A stretch of 64,000 bases of DNA, from positions 1-64,000 of the forward strand of contig NIVC01000177.1 of assembly GCA_002269645.1 (NCBI GenBank), read 5' to 3'. Within the stretch, counting starts at the first letter, position 1. Every line of letters begins with the position of its first letter. Source of the DNA: Macrostomum lignano (taxonomy: Eukaryota). A program made the position numbers and the translations under genes. The notes under the pieces are model-generated. The model saw only the letters and a program-made list of their open reading frames with translations, was not told the origin of the DNA and did no database searches. Shown here piece after piece: positions 44,571 through 57,640 of this stretch.

Positions 44571-45842
44571 TTTATCGATAGCTGCAGCATCCCAGAGCCA
44601 CTTGAGAGCATCATCCTGGGCCACCCGAAGCCCACCTATGTGGTGGGCAGGCAGCCACCTGTCTCCTCTCCAGTTGCCGACTGTCTGCGCGGCAACTTCT
44701 CAGCCAGTCAGCGCAGGCAGCCAGCCTGTCAGACAGACAAAGTGAGACAATGAGGCCGCGTTTTGGATGCAGCAAGCAAAGAAGGCGGTATAAAAAAGCA
44801 CTGCTAAGCTATAATTGGAATTCGGATCGGAACCATCCCCTTGCGGTGCCAATGCGGAGAGGGGGCAACGAAAGACGGTTAAAAAAGGCCTCCTCAGATG
44901 GAGAACCATTTAGTTAGCTATTCGATGCGGTGGTTCTGGGCAAGTTGAATCAAAATGAGAACCAATGAGCAGTGATAGTCAACAACAAAGACTGCGAACT
45001 TTCGAGTAGGTAAGAGTCCGTGCACTGTTCTAAATATGGTGTGCGGACACAGAAATCTCGATAATAGATGTCTGGATTACATTATCTAGGATTTCATGCC
45101 TCAGCCGAGCTTCTCGGATGGGGTTGGGTGGGGTCAGCTGTCCCTCTTGACCCCTGGATCCGAAATACACTGTACCTATAAAATTGAAGTATGAAACTAC
45201 CGAAATGCGCCCCATCATAGATGGTTTTCCCATTTCCTAAAGGCTCATGACTTCCTTTTACAAATTTCTCGGGGGAGACGTCACCCGACCTCCCCCCACT
45301 GACCGTGACCTCAAGCTAGGTAGATTGATCTCGCTCATAGGATTCTGTCAGATGGCAGAGATTTCCATTCCAATGGCAAATATTCGAACTCCGTGGCGCG
45401 GGAGGAGACCGAGCCACAAACTCAAGTGGTTTTTTGCCTGCTTTTTTCTTCCTGGTCGCCTCTCCCCGGGGGTTATCGGGATTCAGCCGGTCATCGTCTT
45501 CGTTAGAAGGGCCGGCCAGGGGGGGGGGAACTCAGCGGACCACCCGTGGCGCCGCGCCTCCGCCCGTGCAGACGGAGCCAAAGAGTTTTTCGTCAGTCCT
45601 TTTTAGCTTTGCCGACAGGCGAACTCGTGGGAGTGGGGGAGGGTGGGGTGGGTGCGGGCCGGCCATTGTTGAGACTGCTTGATGAGGCGCGCCTGTCAAA
45701 GTGTTTTGACAGGTCGGGGCTGAGACAGAGAGTATCTTGTTGCTTTGATTTTATGCATCACATGTGGGTCTCACAGCTTTTCCAGCGCGGCTCTTTGTGC
45801 GTTTATTGCCTCGTAGTCTCAAAATGTCTTTGAAAATGTTTT

Positions 45843-46282
45843 TCAATTATCAATAATTGTGGCGCCTCATCAATTATCTAAAGCAGTTTCAATTATCAAT
45901 AATTGTGGCGCCTCATCAATTACCTAAAGCAGATCTAATTATCAATAGTTGTGGCGCCTCATCAATTGTCTAAAGCAGTTTCAGTTATCAATAGTTGTGG
46001 CGCCTCATCAATTATCTAAAGCAGTTTCAATTATCAATAGTTGTGGCGCCTCATCAATTACCTAAAGCAGATCTAATTATCAATAATTGTGGCGCCTCAT
46101 CAATTACCTAAAGCAGATCTAATTATCAATAATTGTGGCGCCTCATCAATTACCTAAAGCAGATCTAATTATCAATAATTGTGGCGCCTCATCAATTATC
46201 TAAAGCAGATCTAATTATCAATAATTGTGGCGCCTCATCAATTATCTAAAGCAGATCTAATTATCAATAATTGTGGCGCCTC
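45843..46282. repeat. 46-bp minisatellite ATTATCAATAATTGTGGCGCCTCATCAATTACCTAAAGCAGATCTA, ~9.5 copies
   Basis: Visible periodicity. Confidence 0.95.
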
Positions 46283-46799
46283 ATAATTCATGTGAATTAG
46301 ATTTTATGAGTCCGAATAATCGCCAGAGCAAAGTTTTCATCCAGATTGGAAATATCTGTGTAAGCAAAGTCAGAAGTCGAGAGAGAGAAGTAGCAAAATC
46401 TTCCAGGAGCAGCAGATCTGGCTGCCACTTGCCAGGCAGTTGATAACAGCAAGAGATAATAGTTGATGGGAGTGACAAGAAGCAGGTTCCGAGGTCCTCC
46501 TGCATGAATTGCTTGGCGCTGCATGGCTCTGCTTAGCCAAGATAATGGTAAAATCATTGGATGCATGGCTGCAGTGGTGAAGACGTTACAAAACATATCT
46601 GCAGAAGTTAAGGAAAAGTGCTTCGAGATTGCAACATTTTAACTGTTTACCAGTGTTGTTTACTTTGATTTAGCAGAGGCTAATAAGTAATTCTGCTTCC
46701 ATGGGAATTGTTCTGCATGCATGGAAGATTAGGATACATTAATATTTCCTGAAAACATTTTGGCATGAATAGCTTTCTGGAAGTTATCATGTAGCAACC

Positions 46800-47120
46800 A
46801 GTGTTTCTGGAATCATCAGCTATTCTTGGAATCATTAAGCAGTGTTCCTGGTGTCATCAAGCAGTGTTCGTGGGGTCATCAAGCTGTGTTCCTGAAGTCA
46901 TCAAACTGTGTTCCTGGAGTCATCAAGCTGTGTTCCTGGAATCATCAGTTATTCTTGGAATTATAAGTTATTCTTGGAATCATCAATCGGTGTTCCTAGA
47001 ATCATCAGTTATTCTTGGAATCATCAGTTATTCTTGGAATCATCAGTTATTCTTGGAATCATTAATCGCTGTTCCTAGAATCATCAGTTATTCTTGGAAT
47101 CATCAATCAGTGTTCCTGAA
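46800..47120. repeat. Degenerate ~21-bp array (GTKTTCYTGGAATCATCARK)
   Basis: Recurring TTCYTGGAATCATCA motif. Confidence 0.75.
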
Positions 47121-47996
47121 ACATCAACTGCTACATGCCAAGAATTATGTACAAGTGCTGGAATTATATATCAACGTCGATTGCTCGTACAGGAACTCAA
47201 GTCCATGCTAATGAACAAATACGGCGATTCATTACCAATCAAATCAGTTAGATCTGAAGTAGTTAACTTATATAGCTTTCGCTACTTTAAGTAGGCAGTT
47301 CTGCTTTTAAACTAAAAAAGATTTGAATTGTAGAAAAAAGCAAGACCAAAAAACAAGAAATCACAAGTATTTTTTCTTCCACAAATAACAACCAAACAGA
47401 ATCAATAAATGATCTTTCAGTCCCGGCGATGAGGCGGGCTTCAATCAGGATCAGTCCACAGCGTTGCTGTATAATCACACAGGTGTAAACAGGCATATAC
47501 AGCAATATTTCTGTCTGGAGCAGTAGACTACCCCAGGTCCACAAGCGCACCAATCAGACATACAGGTGTTAAAGGTTAAGCGCTTTATTATTTTAATTAT
47601 ACATTAGAAAACTGATGACAACTCGGCACCGAAAAATTGACAGACATACTTAGCGCTAAAAATCATTAGAAACTGACTTAAAAACGCAGAATATATTCAA
47701 TAAGAGGGGTCACTAGTGGGGGCCGATTTCAATTATACACAATTAGACCGGTTCCGCGATCTGGCAAAGGCTTTGAAAGGAAATTTATTAACAATGGTAT
47801 CCTATTATAATATATGTATATATGTGCATAAATAGCAATTTATAAATATTACCCAAAACAAGTCGGTGACATTAGTAAGGCTCAATTAACACGAGACACA
47901 AGTTACACAGATATACGCATTAAAGCCTATAATAACAATATGAAACGGCTATAATGTACAGTCCATTCTTCATTAAACATTATTACCTCGAACGTT

Positions 47997-48415
47997 CACA
48001 GATGCTAGAATAACTAGATGGGAAACTCAGCACATTTGCATGTAAGCTACTTTCAGGTCAGTAGTAAGTTAAACAGAAGTATTTTAATGTATTTTTAAAG
48101 CCAAGGCTTATTTATTGGCTCTTACGAGTATCCCAACTTAAACCCTCCAACCGCGCCTTTCCACACTACCCTCCACGCCCATGTAGCTGCCATGTACATT
48201 TCAGTGGACTGGCTAATGTACATTATTGCTGAACCAATTAGCAAGCTGTTTACGCCTGCAAGCTTTGGGCTTCTAAAATTATCAAAGTCGTTTCAGCTGG
48301 CTTTATTTTTATAAAATAGCTTATGTATTCTTCTTTGCTACTGAACTGAAAGTAGAAAGCTGATTTACTAAGTAAAAATGCCCGAGTGGCCCATCTAGTT
48401 ATTTAGGTATCTGTG
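47997..48415. mobile_element. Second copy (inverted orientation) of the CACAGAT-ended MITE
   Basis: The body is the reverse complement of 22214-22653 with scattered changes. CCTCGAAC occurs at 47986-47993 (3 nt, GTT, before the left TIR) and at 48416-48423. Confidence 0.85.
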
Positions 48416-50091
48416 CCTCGAACTAAACTTACCTTGACAATTGCTGGCTATAAATTGAATAAAATTACACAGGATTGACTCCGCGGGGGGGCTTTGACTC
48501 TCTGTACACAGGCAATAGATAAACATGCAATTTATACTACTTACAATAGTTACAAAGCAGCTTTAATGATATAAATAACAGGCATTAAATTAAATGTTTT
48601 GTTAGCTTTTTAAAAAAGTGCCGCCAGAATAGAGGGACATAATTTAATGGAGACAAGATGAGCTACATATATAGCTGGCAAAGAAAAGAGTACAGTATGA
48701 AATACAAGGCGTGCTGAAATAGTTAATCTTGGATAACATAGGGTTAACGCACACAAAATCTCTAATAGTGAAAGATGGACTGCATTGTCTATTGGCTGTG
48801 TTATGAAAGCCGAACTGGCTACTAAATATGCAGTAGTGTAGCAGGGTAGTGAAGCACTTTTTATTCAAGGTGATTCTAAATCAAAGAGAAAAATATTTAT
48901 TAAAAACCAAATATTTATGCTTCATCGATCATCACTGACAGGATAGTTAGAAACGCATAAAAATATACACTAAGGCGATCAGTTGCAAAAAAGGGTAAAG
49001 CAAAATAATACAGCAAACTAACAAATCAAATAGGGATGTATACTATAATTATAAAATATATATAAATGAAAAATTTATTTTTTATTTTGCAGCTAAATCA
49101 GCCAGTCTAACAGTTGACAGTAATGTTAGTAATGAGCGAGCCGAGAGGGCAGATGACCGTACAGAAATATAAGAGTACACAGCACAGTTTTCACTCAAGG
49201 AAATGGCAAAAATCAAGAGAAAAAAAGGAGAAAGTGAAAAAAACAAAAAGACTGTTTATATATGATCAAAAAAGGCATAAGAGCCAATTTAGTTAATTAA
49301 TTCTAGTTTCAAAAGCATCGACAAAAATTAGCGGGACATTGTCCTAAACCACTAGCTGGCAAAACTATCAATGGATACAATAGACAGAGCCAAAAAATTA
49401 AAATATGCGCAAAATTTTAACATAAGAGTAAGACCAGAACCAGGTAAAATATATAAATAAACTTTTAGAATAATCAATTAATAAATTCCATGCTTCCCAT
49501 TCTAGAGAACATGCTTCAACAATTTCACTACTTTGAGTAGCAAGGAAGAATGCGTAAGTTTGAGCGACTTGCAGACGTAATTAAACAGCTTGCTATTTAT
49601 TCAGCCGTTAATGTACATTGGCCACAGCTCCGCTGAGAATGTACATTACACCAGCATTAGGCTCTAGAGGCAATAAGAGTCTTATGCTAAAATACGTTTA
49701 GAAAAATTTAGTTTTCTACTTAAAGTAGCTTACATGCAAATTAGCATTTTTTGCCCTAAACGCAATAAAACAAACAATAAACACAAAAGTATCGAGCACA
49801 GTTTAACAATGAGTCCAAAAAACACTTCCCAATTTAACCGACATTAAGTTTCGGAAATAAGCTTTGTTCACAGACAAATGAAGGTCATATAAGAAGACAG
49901 GGACATGCTGTCTCTCTCTCTTTTACAGCAATTTCTGCCCCAGTGCTCAAATCCAGTGTAAAGCCCATTATTATTGAAAGCAGCATCGAGGAAACAAAAA
50001 AGAAATTGAAACATACTAGAATCCCCAGACTCAGTCAGTCTGATCGGACAGGAAGACGAAAGAAACCCTTAGTCTACTAAAAATCAATGAG

Positions 50092-53000
50092 TCAATTGTT
50101 CTGACCGTTGCTGCTGCGAGCGTCGGCCGCCTCGCCAGGCGATGACGGGGCAGAGGAAGCCGACGGCGAGCCCGACTGGTGCTGCATCAGATCTCCGCCG
50201 GCCTTCATAAAGTACTTCTCAATCTTGCCAATGATGTGCTTGCCGTAGGTGTACTTCCTCAGCGAAGCCATGTGCGGCCGGATCCGCAGCATGATAGCCT
50301 TGCGCTGCTGGGCATCAGCCGAGTCCAGAATGCGTTGGACAACGTAATTGGCGAATTGGTCCTTCATCATATTGTACAGCGCCTGCGGATCCGGGTCGTC
50401 TAGGATCTCCGCCACCAGGGCCTGGCGCTCCTGCCGGCTGGCGTGGGTAACTACCTTCTCGATGACGTTGCTGGCGAACTTGTGCGTAGATAGGGACATG
50501 AGCTTGCCGCGGAGTACAGCGATCATGCGGGCTTTATCGTCAGGGCGGCCGTGCTCCGGGACGTGCTGGTCAAAGTTGGTTGGTTGGGGTACATTGACTG
50601 TCTAGTGTACATGGACTGTCTAGTGTACATGGACTAGTGTGTACGTTTGAATGTTGGTGTACATTGGGGTGGGAAATCGGTGTACATTGGGGTAGGAAGA
50701 TTGGTGTACGTTCGGGTAGGAAGATTGGTGTACATTGGGGTAGGAAGATTGGTGTACATTGCGGTAGGAAATCGATGTACATTGGGTAGGAAGATTGGTG
50801 TACATTAGGGTAGAAATATCGGTGCACATTAGGGTAGAATACTAGTGTATAAGAAGAGATTTTCGTATAGTAGATTAGAGTAGAAATTCTCGCCTACATT
50901 CCCAGTCCCAGATACGAATCTAATTGTTTATTAGGGAATTTTAACAAATAAATTTAAGAAGCACATTAATGCAGTGAGAGTAAGTTTTGGGTGGAGAATA
51001 GTTCATATGTAGATGTCATATCTCTAGTAACAATACATTAAGAACCTACCTGGACCACATAGTTGCCGTATTGATCCTGAACCAGCCTCTCAGTATATTG
51101 ATGCAGCTCGTCTAAGATTGGCTGCGTTTGAGTAGCTGTGCAGTGCTCAAGAATGCGCTGAATGACCCGGCAGCCGTACGGATGGGTGGACAGCGAAAAG
51201 ACCTAAAGGTCAAGTTGGTGTAGTAGTAGTAGTAGTAGTGGTAGTAGTATTAATAGTAGTAGTAATAATAGTAGGAGTAGTAATAGCAGCAAGTAGTAGG
51301 TAGCCGTAGCCTAGTGGTCTAGCGCGGCGGTCTGATGTGCCAGCGGCCCAGGCTCGATTCCAAGTGCAGTCGCATTAATTTGGGGCTAAATTGGAATCTC
51401 GGCTTGGCTCTGCTCATGCAATTAACGGCCTTGAGGGCCAAACCCCAAGACACAGTGAAGTGTACATGCCTAACGATAAATAAAGTTAGGGCCGCTGTAC
51501 ACTCCTGTGTGTGTGTGCCTGTGCGTGTGACTGCGTACGTATCCGCACGCTTGTGTGCCTGCTCAGGGGAGTCGGCGGAATGGGCAGCAATGCCTTTCAC
51601 CGGTTGTGACAATATCGCTTAAAGTGCGCCAGGGTGCACACAGGCCCCTGCCTCTAATAAAAAAGCACTAGTAGCAGTGCTAGTAGTGGTATTTCGTAAA
51701 ATTCTGTAGTACTAATAAAAAACAGCAAGTAAGCAAGAGTAGTAGAAGGCCCACCTGATCTTTGAACGCCTCAATAATAAAGTCTAGATGAGCAGGGTCC
51801 ACGCACTCGATGCATTTCTGCACAACGTGATTGCCGTTCTGATCTTTCACGCATTTCAACACGTGACCGTCGAGTTCGCGGACAATCTCAACCTGCGAGT
51901 GCGGATTCGGAATGGAAAAGAGATGGTTTGATTAACCTCAACCATAAGCTGCACAAGTAATTAAGACTTTTGCGAAAATTCTCGTTTTACGAAATCACAG
52001 ACGGGCAAATGGGCAGCAATGCCTTTCACCGGTTGTGACAATATCGCTTAAAGTGCGCCAGGGTGCACACAGGCCCCTGCCTCTAATTGCAAAATGCGAC
52101 ACGCCCAGTACACGCCTGTAAAATGAGCTGGCATGAAAATTTAAGGGATCTTCAATTTTGTGGGATTGAAGGGCGATTCTCTATGAGACTGAAGGGCGAT
52201 TCTCTATGAGACTGAAGGGCGATTCTCTATGAGACTGAAGGGCGATTCTCTATGGGATTGAAGGGCGATTCTCTATGAGACTGAAGGGCGATTCTCTATG
52301 AGACTGAAGGGCGATTCTCTATGAGACTGAAGGGCGATTCTCTATGAGACTGAAGGGCGATTCTCTATGAGACTGAAGGGCGATTCTCTATGGGATTGAA
52401 GGGAGATTCTCTATGAGACTGAAGGGCGATTCTCTATGAGACTGAAGGGCGATTCTCTATGAGACTGAAGGGCGATTCTCTATGAGACTGAAGGGCGATT
52501 CTCTATGAGACTGAAGGGCGATTCTCTATGAGACTGAAGGGCGATTCTCAATGAGATTGAAGGGCGATTCTCTATGAGACTGAAGGGCGATTCTCTATGA
52601 GACTGAAGGGCGATTCTCTATGGGATTGAAGGGCGATTCTCTATGAGACTGAAGGGCGATTCTCTATGAGACTGAAGGGCGATTCTCTATGGGATTGAAG
52701 GGCGATTCTCTATGAGACTGAAGGGCGATTCTCTATGAGACTGAAGGGCGATTCTCTATGAGACTGAAGGGCGATTCTCTATGAGACTGAAGGGCGATTC
52801 TCTATGAGACTGAAGGGCGATTCTCTATGGGATTGAAGGGCGATTCTCTATGAGACTGAAGGGCGATTCTCTATGAGACTGAAGGGCGATTCTCTATGAG
52901 ACTGAAGGGCGATTCTCTATGAGACTGAAGGGCGATTCTCTATGAGACTGAAGGGCGATTCTCTATGAGACTGAAGGGCGATTCTCTATGAGACTGAAGG

Positions 53001-56000
53001 GCGATTCTCTATGAGACTGAAGGGCGATTCTCTATGAGACTGAAGGGCGATTCTCTATGGGATTGAAGGGCGATTCTCTATGAGACTGAAGGGCGATTCT
53101 CTATGAGACTGAAGGGCGATTCTCTATGAGACTGAAGGGCGATTCTCTATGAGACTGAAGGGCGATTCTCTATGAGACTGAAGGGCGATTCTCTATGGGA
53201 TTGAAGGGCGATTCTCTATGAGACTGAAGGGCGATTCTCTATGGGATTGAAGGGCGATTCTCTATGAGACTGAAGGGCGATTCTCTATGAGACTGAAGGG
53301 CGATTCTCTATGAGATTGAAGGGCGATTCTCTATGAGACTGAAGGGCGATTCTCTATGAGATTGAAGGGCGATTCTCTATGGGACTGAAGGGCGATTCTC
53401 TATGAGATTGAAGGGCGATTCTCTATGAGACTGAAGGGCGATTCTCTATGGGATTGAAGGGCGATTCTCTATGAGACTGAAGGGCGATTCTCTATGAGAT
53501 TGAAGGGCGATTCTCTATGAGACTGAAGGGCGATTCTCTATGAGATTGAAGGGCGATTCTCTATGAGACTGAAGGGCGATTCTCCATGGGATTGAAGGGC
53601 GATTCTCCATGGGATTGAAGGGCGATTGTTTATGGATTTGGACTATACAGCTGGACTATACTATGGACTATACAGTTGGACTATACGAGTACTATAGACT
53701 ATACACGAGAGCACTCACCTGCACATCAGTGGGCACAGACTCCAGAGCCTTCTGTATGACCCGGCAGCCGTACATCTGCAGGGCCAAAGGCAGTACCTGG
53801 CCGCGAAGGCGTTGCGCAAGAATCTGCTTCTGCTCTGGCGTACCAAATTCGAGCAGTTTTTGGATAACATAATTGCCAAACACGTCGGTCATGAGCGGAT
53901 AGGCGGACTGCAGAATCTCTGTGAATACCAGAGTTTTATCACTGGCATTAGCCGACTCCAGCTTCTGCTGTATAAACCTGGACCCGTGCTGGTCCTGGGC
54001 GAACTCAACCACGTGACCAGTGAGGTCTTGAAGGCTCAGATTCGGCAGGCGATTCTGGCGGAAGTCTTCCAATAGGCGGGATCGACTGGCGGCGGCTGTT
54101 GAATCCTTGGACTGAGCCTGCTGCTGATGGTGATGATGGTGATAAGCGGGGTGCTGATTGTGGTGGCCCCGCGGGTGCTGCTGCTGACCGGGCATGTTGA
54201 AGAAGCCGCCAACAGAATTGGAAGGCGGAGACGAGCCATAAAAGCCTCCGCCGCCGCTACCGCCGTCAGCATTGCCGAACATCGGCGGGAACAACCCGAA
54301 GCCAACAGAGTCTTTGTTGTCGACTGCGGCGGCTTTGTAAGCGGCCGCCTGTTGCTGCTGCTGCTGCTGCTGAAACAGCAGGTGATAAGGCAAACCATAA
54401 GACATCATATTGCTCAACTGCTGCTGTTGCTGGTAGGAATCAGCGCCTCCTCCGCCGGTACCGCCAGTCATGTAGGGACCGAAGCCGAACTGAGGCGGCA
54501 GCATAGCTGGCGACTGTCCCCTTGTTGAAGACAGCAACGCCGCGGCGTCATCCGGCTGGTAGGCGTCTCCGGTGAAGGCGCCGCCGCCGAACTGATGACC
54601 CGGCAGGTGCTCCGATTGCTGACGATAATTTAGGCCGCCAGTTAATTGCTGCTGCTGTTGCTGCTGAAGCAGATCGTAGTCGCTGCTGTAGTCCTGCGGG
54701 CCGCCAAGCATCATGCCACCGCCGACGCTGGGCGAACCGCTGTCCAACACCTGGCAGTTATTGGTTAATAGACTGGCTTGCATTCGGGATAGGCTTAGAG
54801 CAGGGGAGATGATTGCTGAGTGGTGTGTGGGATAGATGGGAGATGATTGCTGAGTGGTGTGTGGGATAAATTGGAGATGATTGCTGAGTGGTGTGTGGGA
54901 TAGATAGGAGATGATTGCTGAGTGGTGTGTGGGATAGATGGGAGATGATTGCTGAGTGGTGTGTGGGATAGATGGGAGATGATTGCTGAGTGGTGTGTGG
55001 GATAGATAGGAGATGATTGCTGAGTGGGATAGATGGGAGATGATTGCTGAGTGGTGTGTGGGATAGATAGGAGATGATTGCTGAGTGGGATAGATAGGAG
55101 ATGATTGCTGAGTGGTGTGTGGGATAGATGGGAGATGATTGCTGAGTGGTGTGTGGGATAGATAGGAGATGATTGCTGAGTGGGATAGATGGGAGATGAT
55201 TGCTGAGTGGTGTGTGGGATAGATAGGAGATGATTGCTGAGTGGGATAGATAGGAGATGATTGCTGAGTGGTGTGTGGGATAGATGGGAGATGATTGCTG
55301 AGTGGTGTGTGGGATAGATGGGAGATGATTGCTGAATGGTGTGTGGGATAAATTGGAGATGATTGCTGAGTGGTGTGTGGGATAGATGGGAGATGATTGC
55401 TGAGTGGTGTGTGGGATAGATAGGAGATGATTGCTGAGTGGTGTGTGGGATAGATGGGAGATGATTGCTGAGTGGTGTGTGGGATAGATGGGAGATGATT
55501 GCTGAGTGGTGTGTGGGATAGATAGGAGATGATTGCTGAGTGGGATAGATGGGAGATGATTGCTGAGTGGTGTGTGGGATAGATAGGAGATGATTGCTGA
55601 GTGGGATAGATAGGAGATGATTGCTGAGTGGTGTGTGGGATAGATGGGAGATGATTGCTGAGTGGTGTGTGGGATAGATGGGAGATGATTGCTGAATGGT
55701 GTGTGGGATAAATTGGAGATGATTGCTGAGTGGTGTGTGGGATAGATGGGAGATGATTGCTGAGTGGTGTGTGGGATAGATGGGAGATGATTGCTGAATG
55801 GTGTGTGGGATAAATTGGAGATGATTGCTGAGTGGTGTGTGGGATAGATGGGAGATGATTGCTGAGTGGTGTGTGGGATAGATGGGAGATGATTGCTGAA
55901 TGGTGTGTGGGATAAATTGGAGATGATTGCTGAGTGGTGTGTGGGATAGATGGGAGATGATTGCTGAGTGGTGTGTGGGATAGATGGGAGATGATTGCTG

Positions 56001-57640
56001 AATGGTGTGTGGGATAAATTGGAGATGATTGCTGAGTGGTGTGTGGGATAGATGGGAGATGATTGCTGAGTGGTGTGTGGGATAGATGGGAGATGATTGC
56101 TGAATGGTGTGTGGGATAAATTGGAGATGATTGCTGAGTGGTGTGTGGGATAGATAGGAGATGATTGCTGAGTGGGATAGATGGGAGATGATTGCTGAGT
56201 GGTGTGTGGGATAGATGGGAGATGATTGCTGAGTGGTGTGTGGGATAGATGGGAGATGATTGCTGAGTGGTGTGTGGGATAGATGGGAGATGATTGCTGA
56301 GTGGTGTGTGGGATAGATAGGAGATGATTGCTGAGTGGGATAGATGGGAGATGATTGCTGAGTGGTGTGTGGGATAGATGGGAGATGATTGCTGAGTGGT
56401 GTGTGGGATAGATGGGAGATGATTGCTGAGTGGTGTGTGGGATAGATGGGAGATGATTGCTGAGTGGTGTGTGGGATAGATGGGGGATGATTGCTGAGTG
56501 GTGTGTGGGATAGATGGGGGATGATTGCTGAGTGGGAAAGATGGGGGATGATTGCTGAGTGGGATAGATGGGGGTGATTGCTGAGTGGGATATATGGGGA
56601 TGATTGCTGAGTGGGATAGATGGAGATGACTGCTGTGTGGGATAGATGGAGATGATTGCTGAGTGGGATAGATGGGAGATGACTGCTGAGTGGGATAGAT
56701 GAGAGATGATTGCTGAGTGGGATAGATGAGAGATGATTGCTGAGTGGGATAGATGAGAGATGATTGCTGAGTGGGATAGATGAGAGATGACTGCTGAGTG
56801 GGATAGATGAGAGATGATTGCTGAGTGGGATAGATGAGAGATGATTGCTGAGTGGGATAGATGAGAGATGATTGCTGTGTGGGATAGATGGAGATGATTG
56901 CTGAGTGGGATAGATGGGAGATGACTGCTGAGTGGGATAGATGAGAGATGATTGCTGAGTGGGATAGATGAGAGATGATTGCTGAGTGGGATAGATGAGA
57001 GATGATTGCTGAGTGGGATAGATGAGAGATGACTGCTGAGTGGGATAGATGAGAGATGATTGCTGAGTGGGATAGATGGAGATGAAAGAACCGCAGAACG
57101 CACCTGATCGACAATCTTCATGCCCATGGCAATGAGATCTTTGCTATTAGGCGACAGAGCCTGGTCCTGCGACTGCACCAACCCGTGCCGGTGCTGCTGG
57201 GCCAACTGGCCGCCGCCGCCACCGACGCCGGTCGACATGTCGATAGGCTGCGAGACGGCGTGCTCGCTGCTGCCGCCGACAATATCGACAGCGGCGGAAA
57301 CCGCAGGCGGCCAGCCAGACGGATTTGAGCCGGATGAAACTGCCGGATTGCGATTGGCAGCAGCGGCCGAGGTTGGAATATCCCAGGGATAGGCGGCCTG
57401 GCCCTCCCAGATGCCGCCGCCGCCGCCTCCATCCTGGCTAGTCAGGTGGAACCGGTCAAACCGGCTGCTGAGATCGGCGACCCCGCCGCCGCCTACGCCG
57501 CCAAGAAACTCGAGCCCATTGTCTGGGCCCCATCGTTTATCAACATAGGCATTGATTGAGTCTAGCTGCTGGCGCTGGAACTGATACGATACCTGGGCGT
57601 CGTCCTGCGAACGCGACAGATAGGCTGTGCGGTCTGACAT
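50092..57640 (-). CDS. pum: Pumilio (PUF RNA-binding protein); complement(join(50092..50565,51050..51202,51755..51892,53719..54750,57104..57640)), 777 aa
   Basis: [10 protein letters not shown] followed by eight PUF repeats with canonical recognition residues: SRFIQ, NYVIQ, CRVIQ, NHVVQ, CRVIQ, NYVVQ, SNVIE, NYVVQ; then [10 protein letters not shown]. All four introns are phase 0 with CAG|GT donors. Confidence 0.96.
50585..50830. repeat. ~24-bp array GTACATTGGGGTAGGAAGATTGGT, Pumilio intron 4
   Basis: Visible periodicity. Confidence 0.8.
51300..51665 (+). mobile_element. tRNA-derived SINE, antisense within Pumilio intron 3
   Basis: GTAGCCGTAGCCTAGTGGTCTAGCGC (A box at +8), GGCTCGATTCC B box at 51351-51361, ~300-nt body, A-rich tail TAATAAAAAA. 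The 3'-terminal 80 nt recur identically at 52008-52087. Confidence 0.7.
52160..53625. repeat. 23-bp minisatellite TCTCTATGAGACTGAAGGGCGAT, ~63 copies, Pumilio intron 2
   Basis: Visible periodicity with a recurrent GGGATTG variant. Confidence 0.97.
54805..57085. repeat. 34-bp/27-bp compound minisatellite filling Pumilio intron 1
   Basis: GGGAGATGATTGCTGAGTGG(TGTGTGG)GATAGAT; the intron spans 54751-57103. Confidence 0.97.

Noticed and set aside
47612-47635. CTGATGA...CGAAA hammerhead-like core
   Set aside because: The 10.1-11.1 closing pair would be C-C, and no stems I or III were found.
51300-51372. Functional tRNA gene
   Set aside because: A and B boxes are present, but I could not fold a proper acceptor stem or anticodon arm, and the sequence continues into a SINE-like body and tail.
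53692-57640. 1140-aa and 960-aa ORFs as single-exon Pumilio N-termini
   Set aside because: Each is one real exon read through into the intronic 34/27-bp array; CAG|GTGCGT (57103) and CCAG|GTG (54751) give a clean phase-0 splice.
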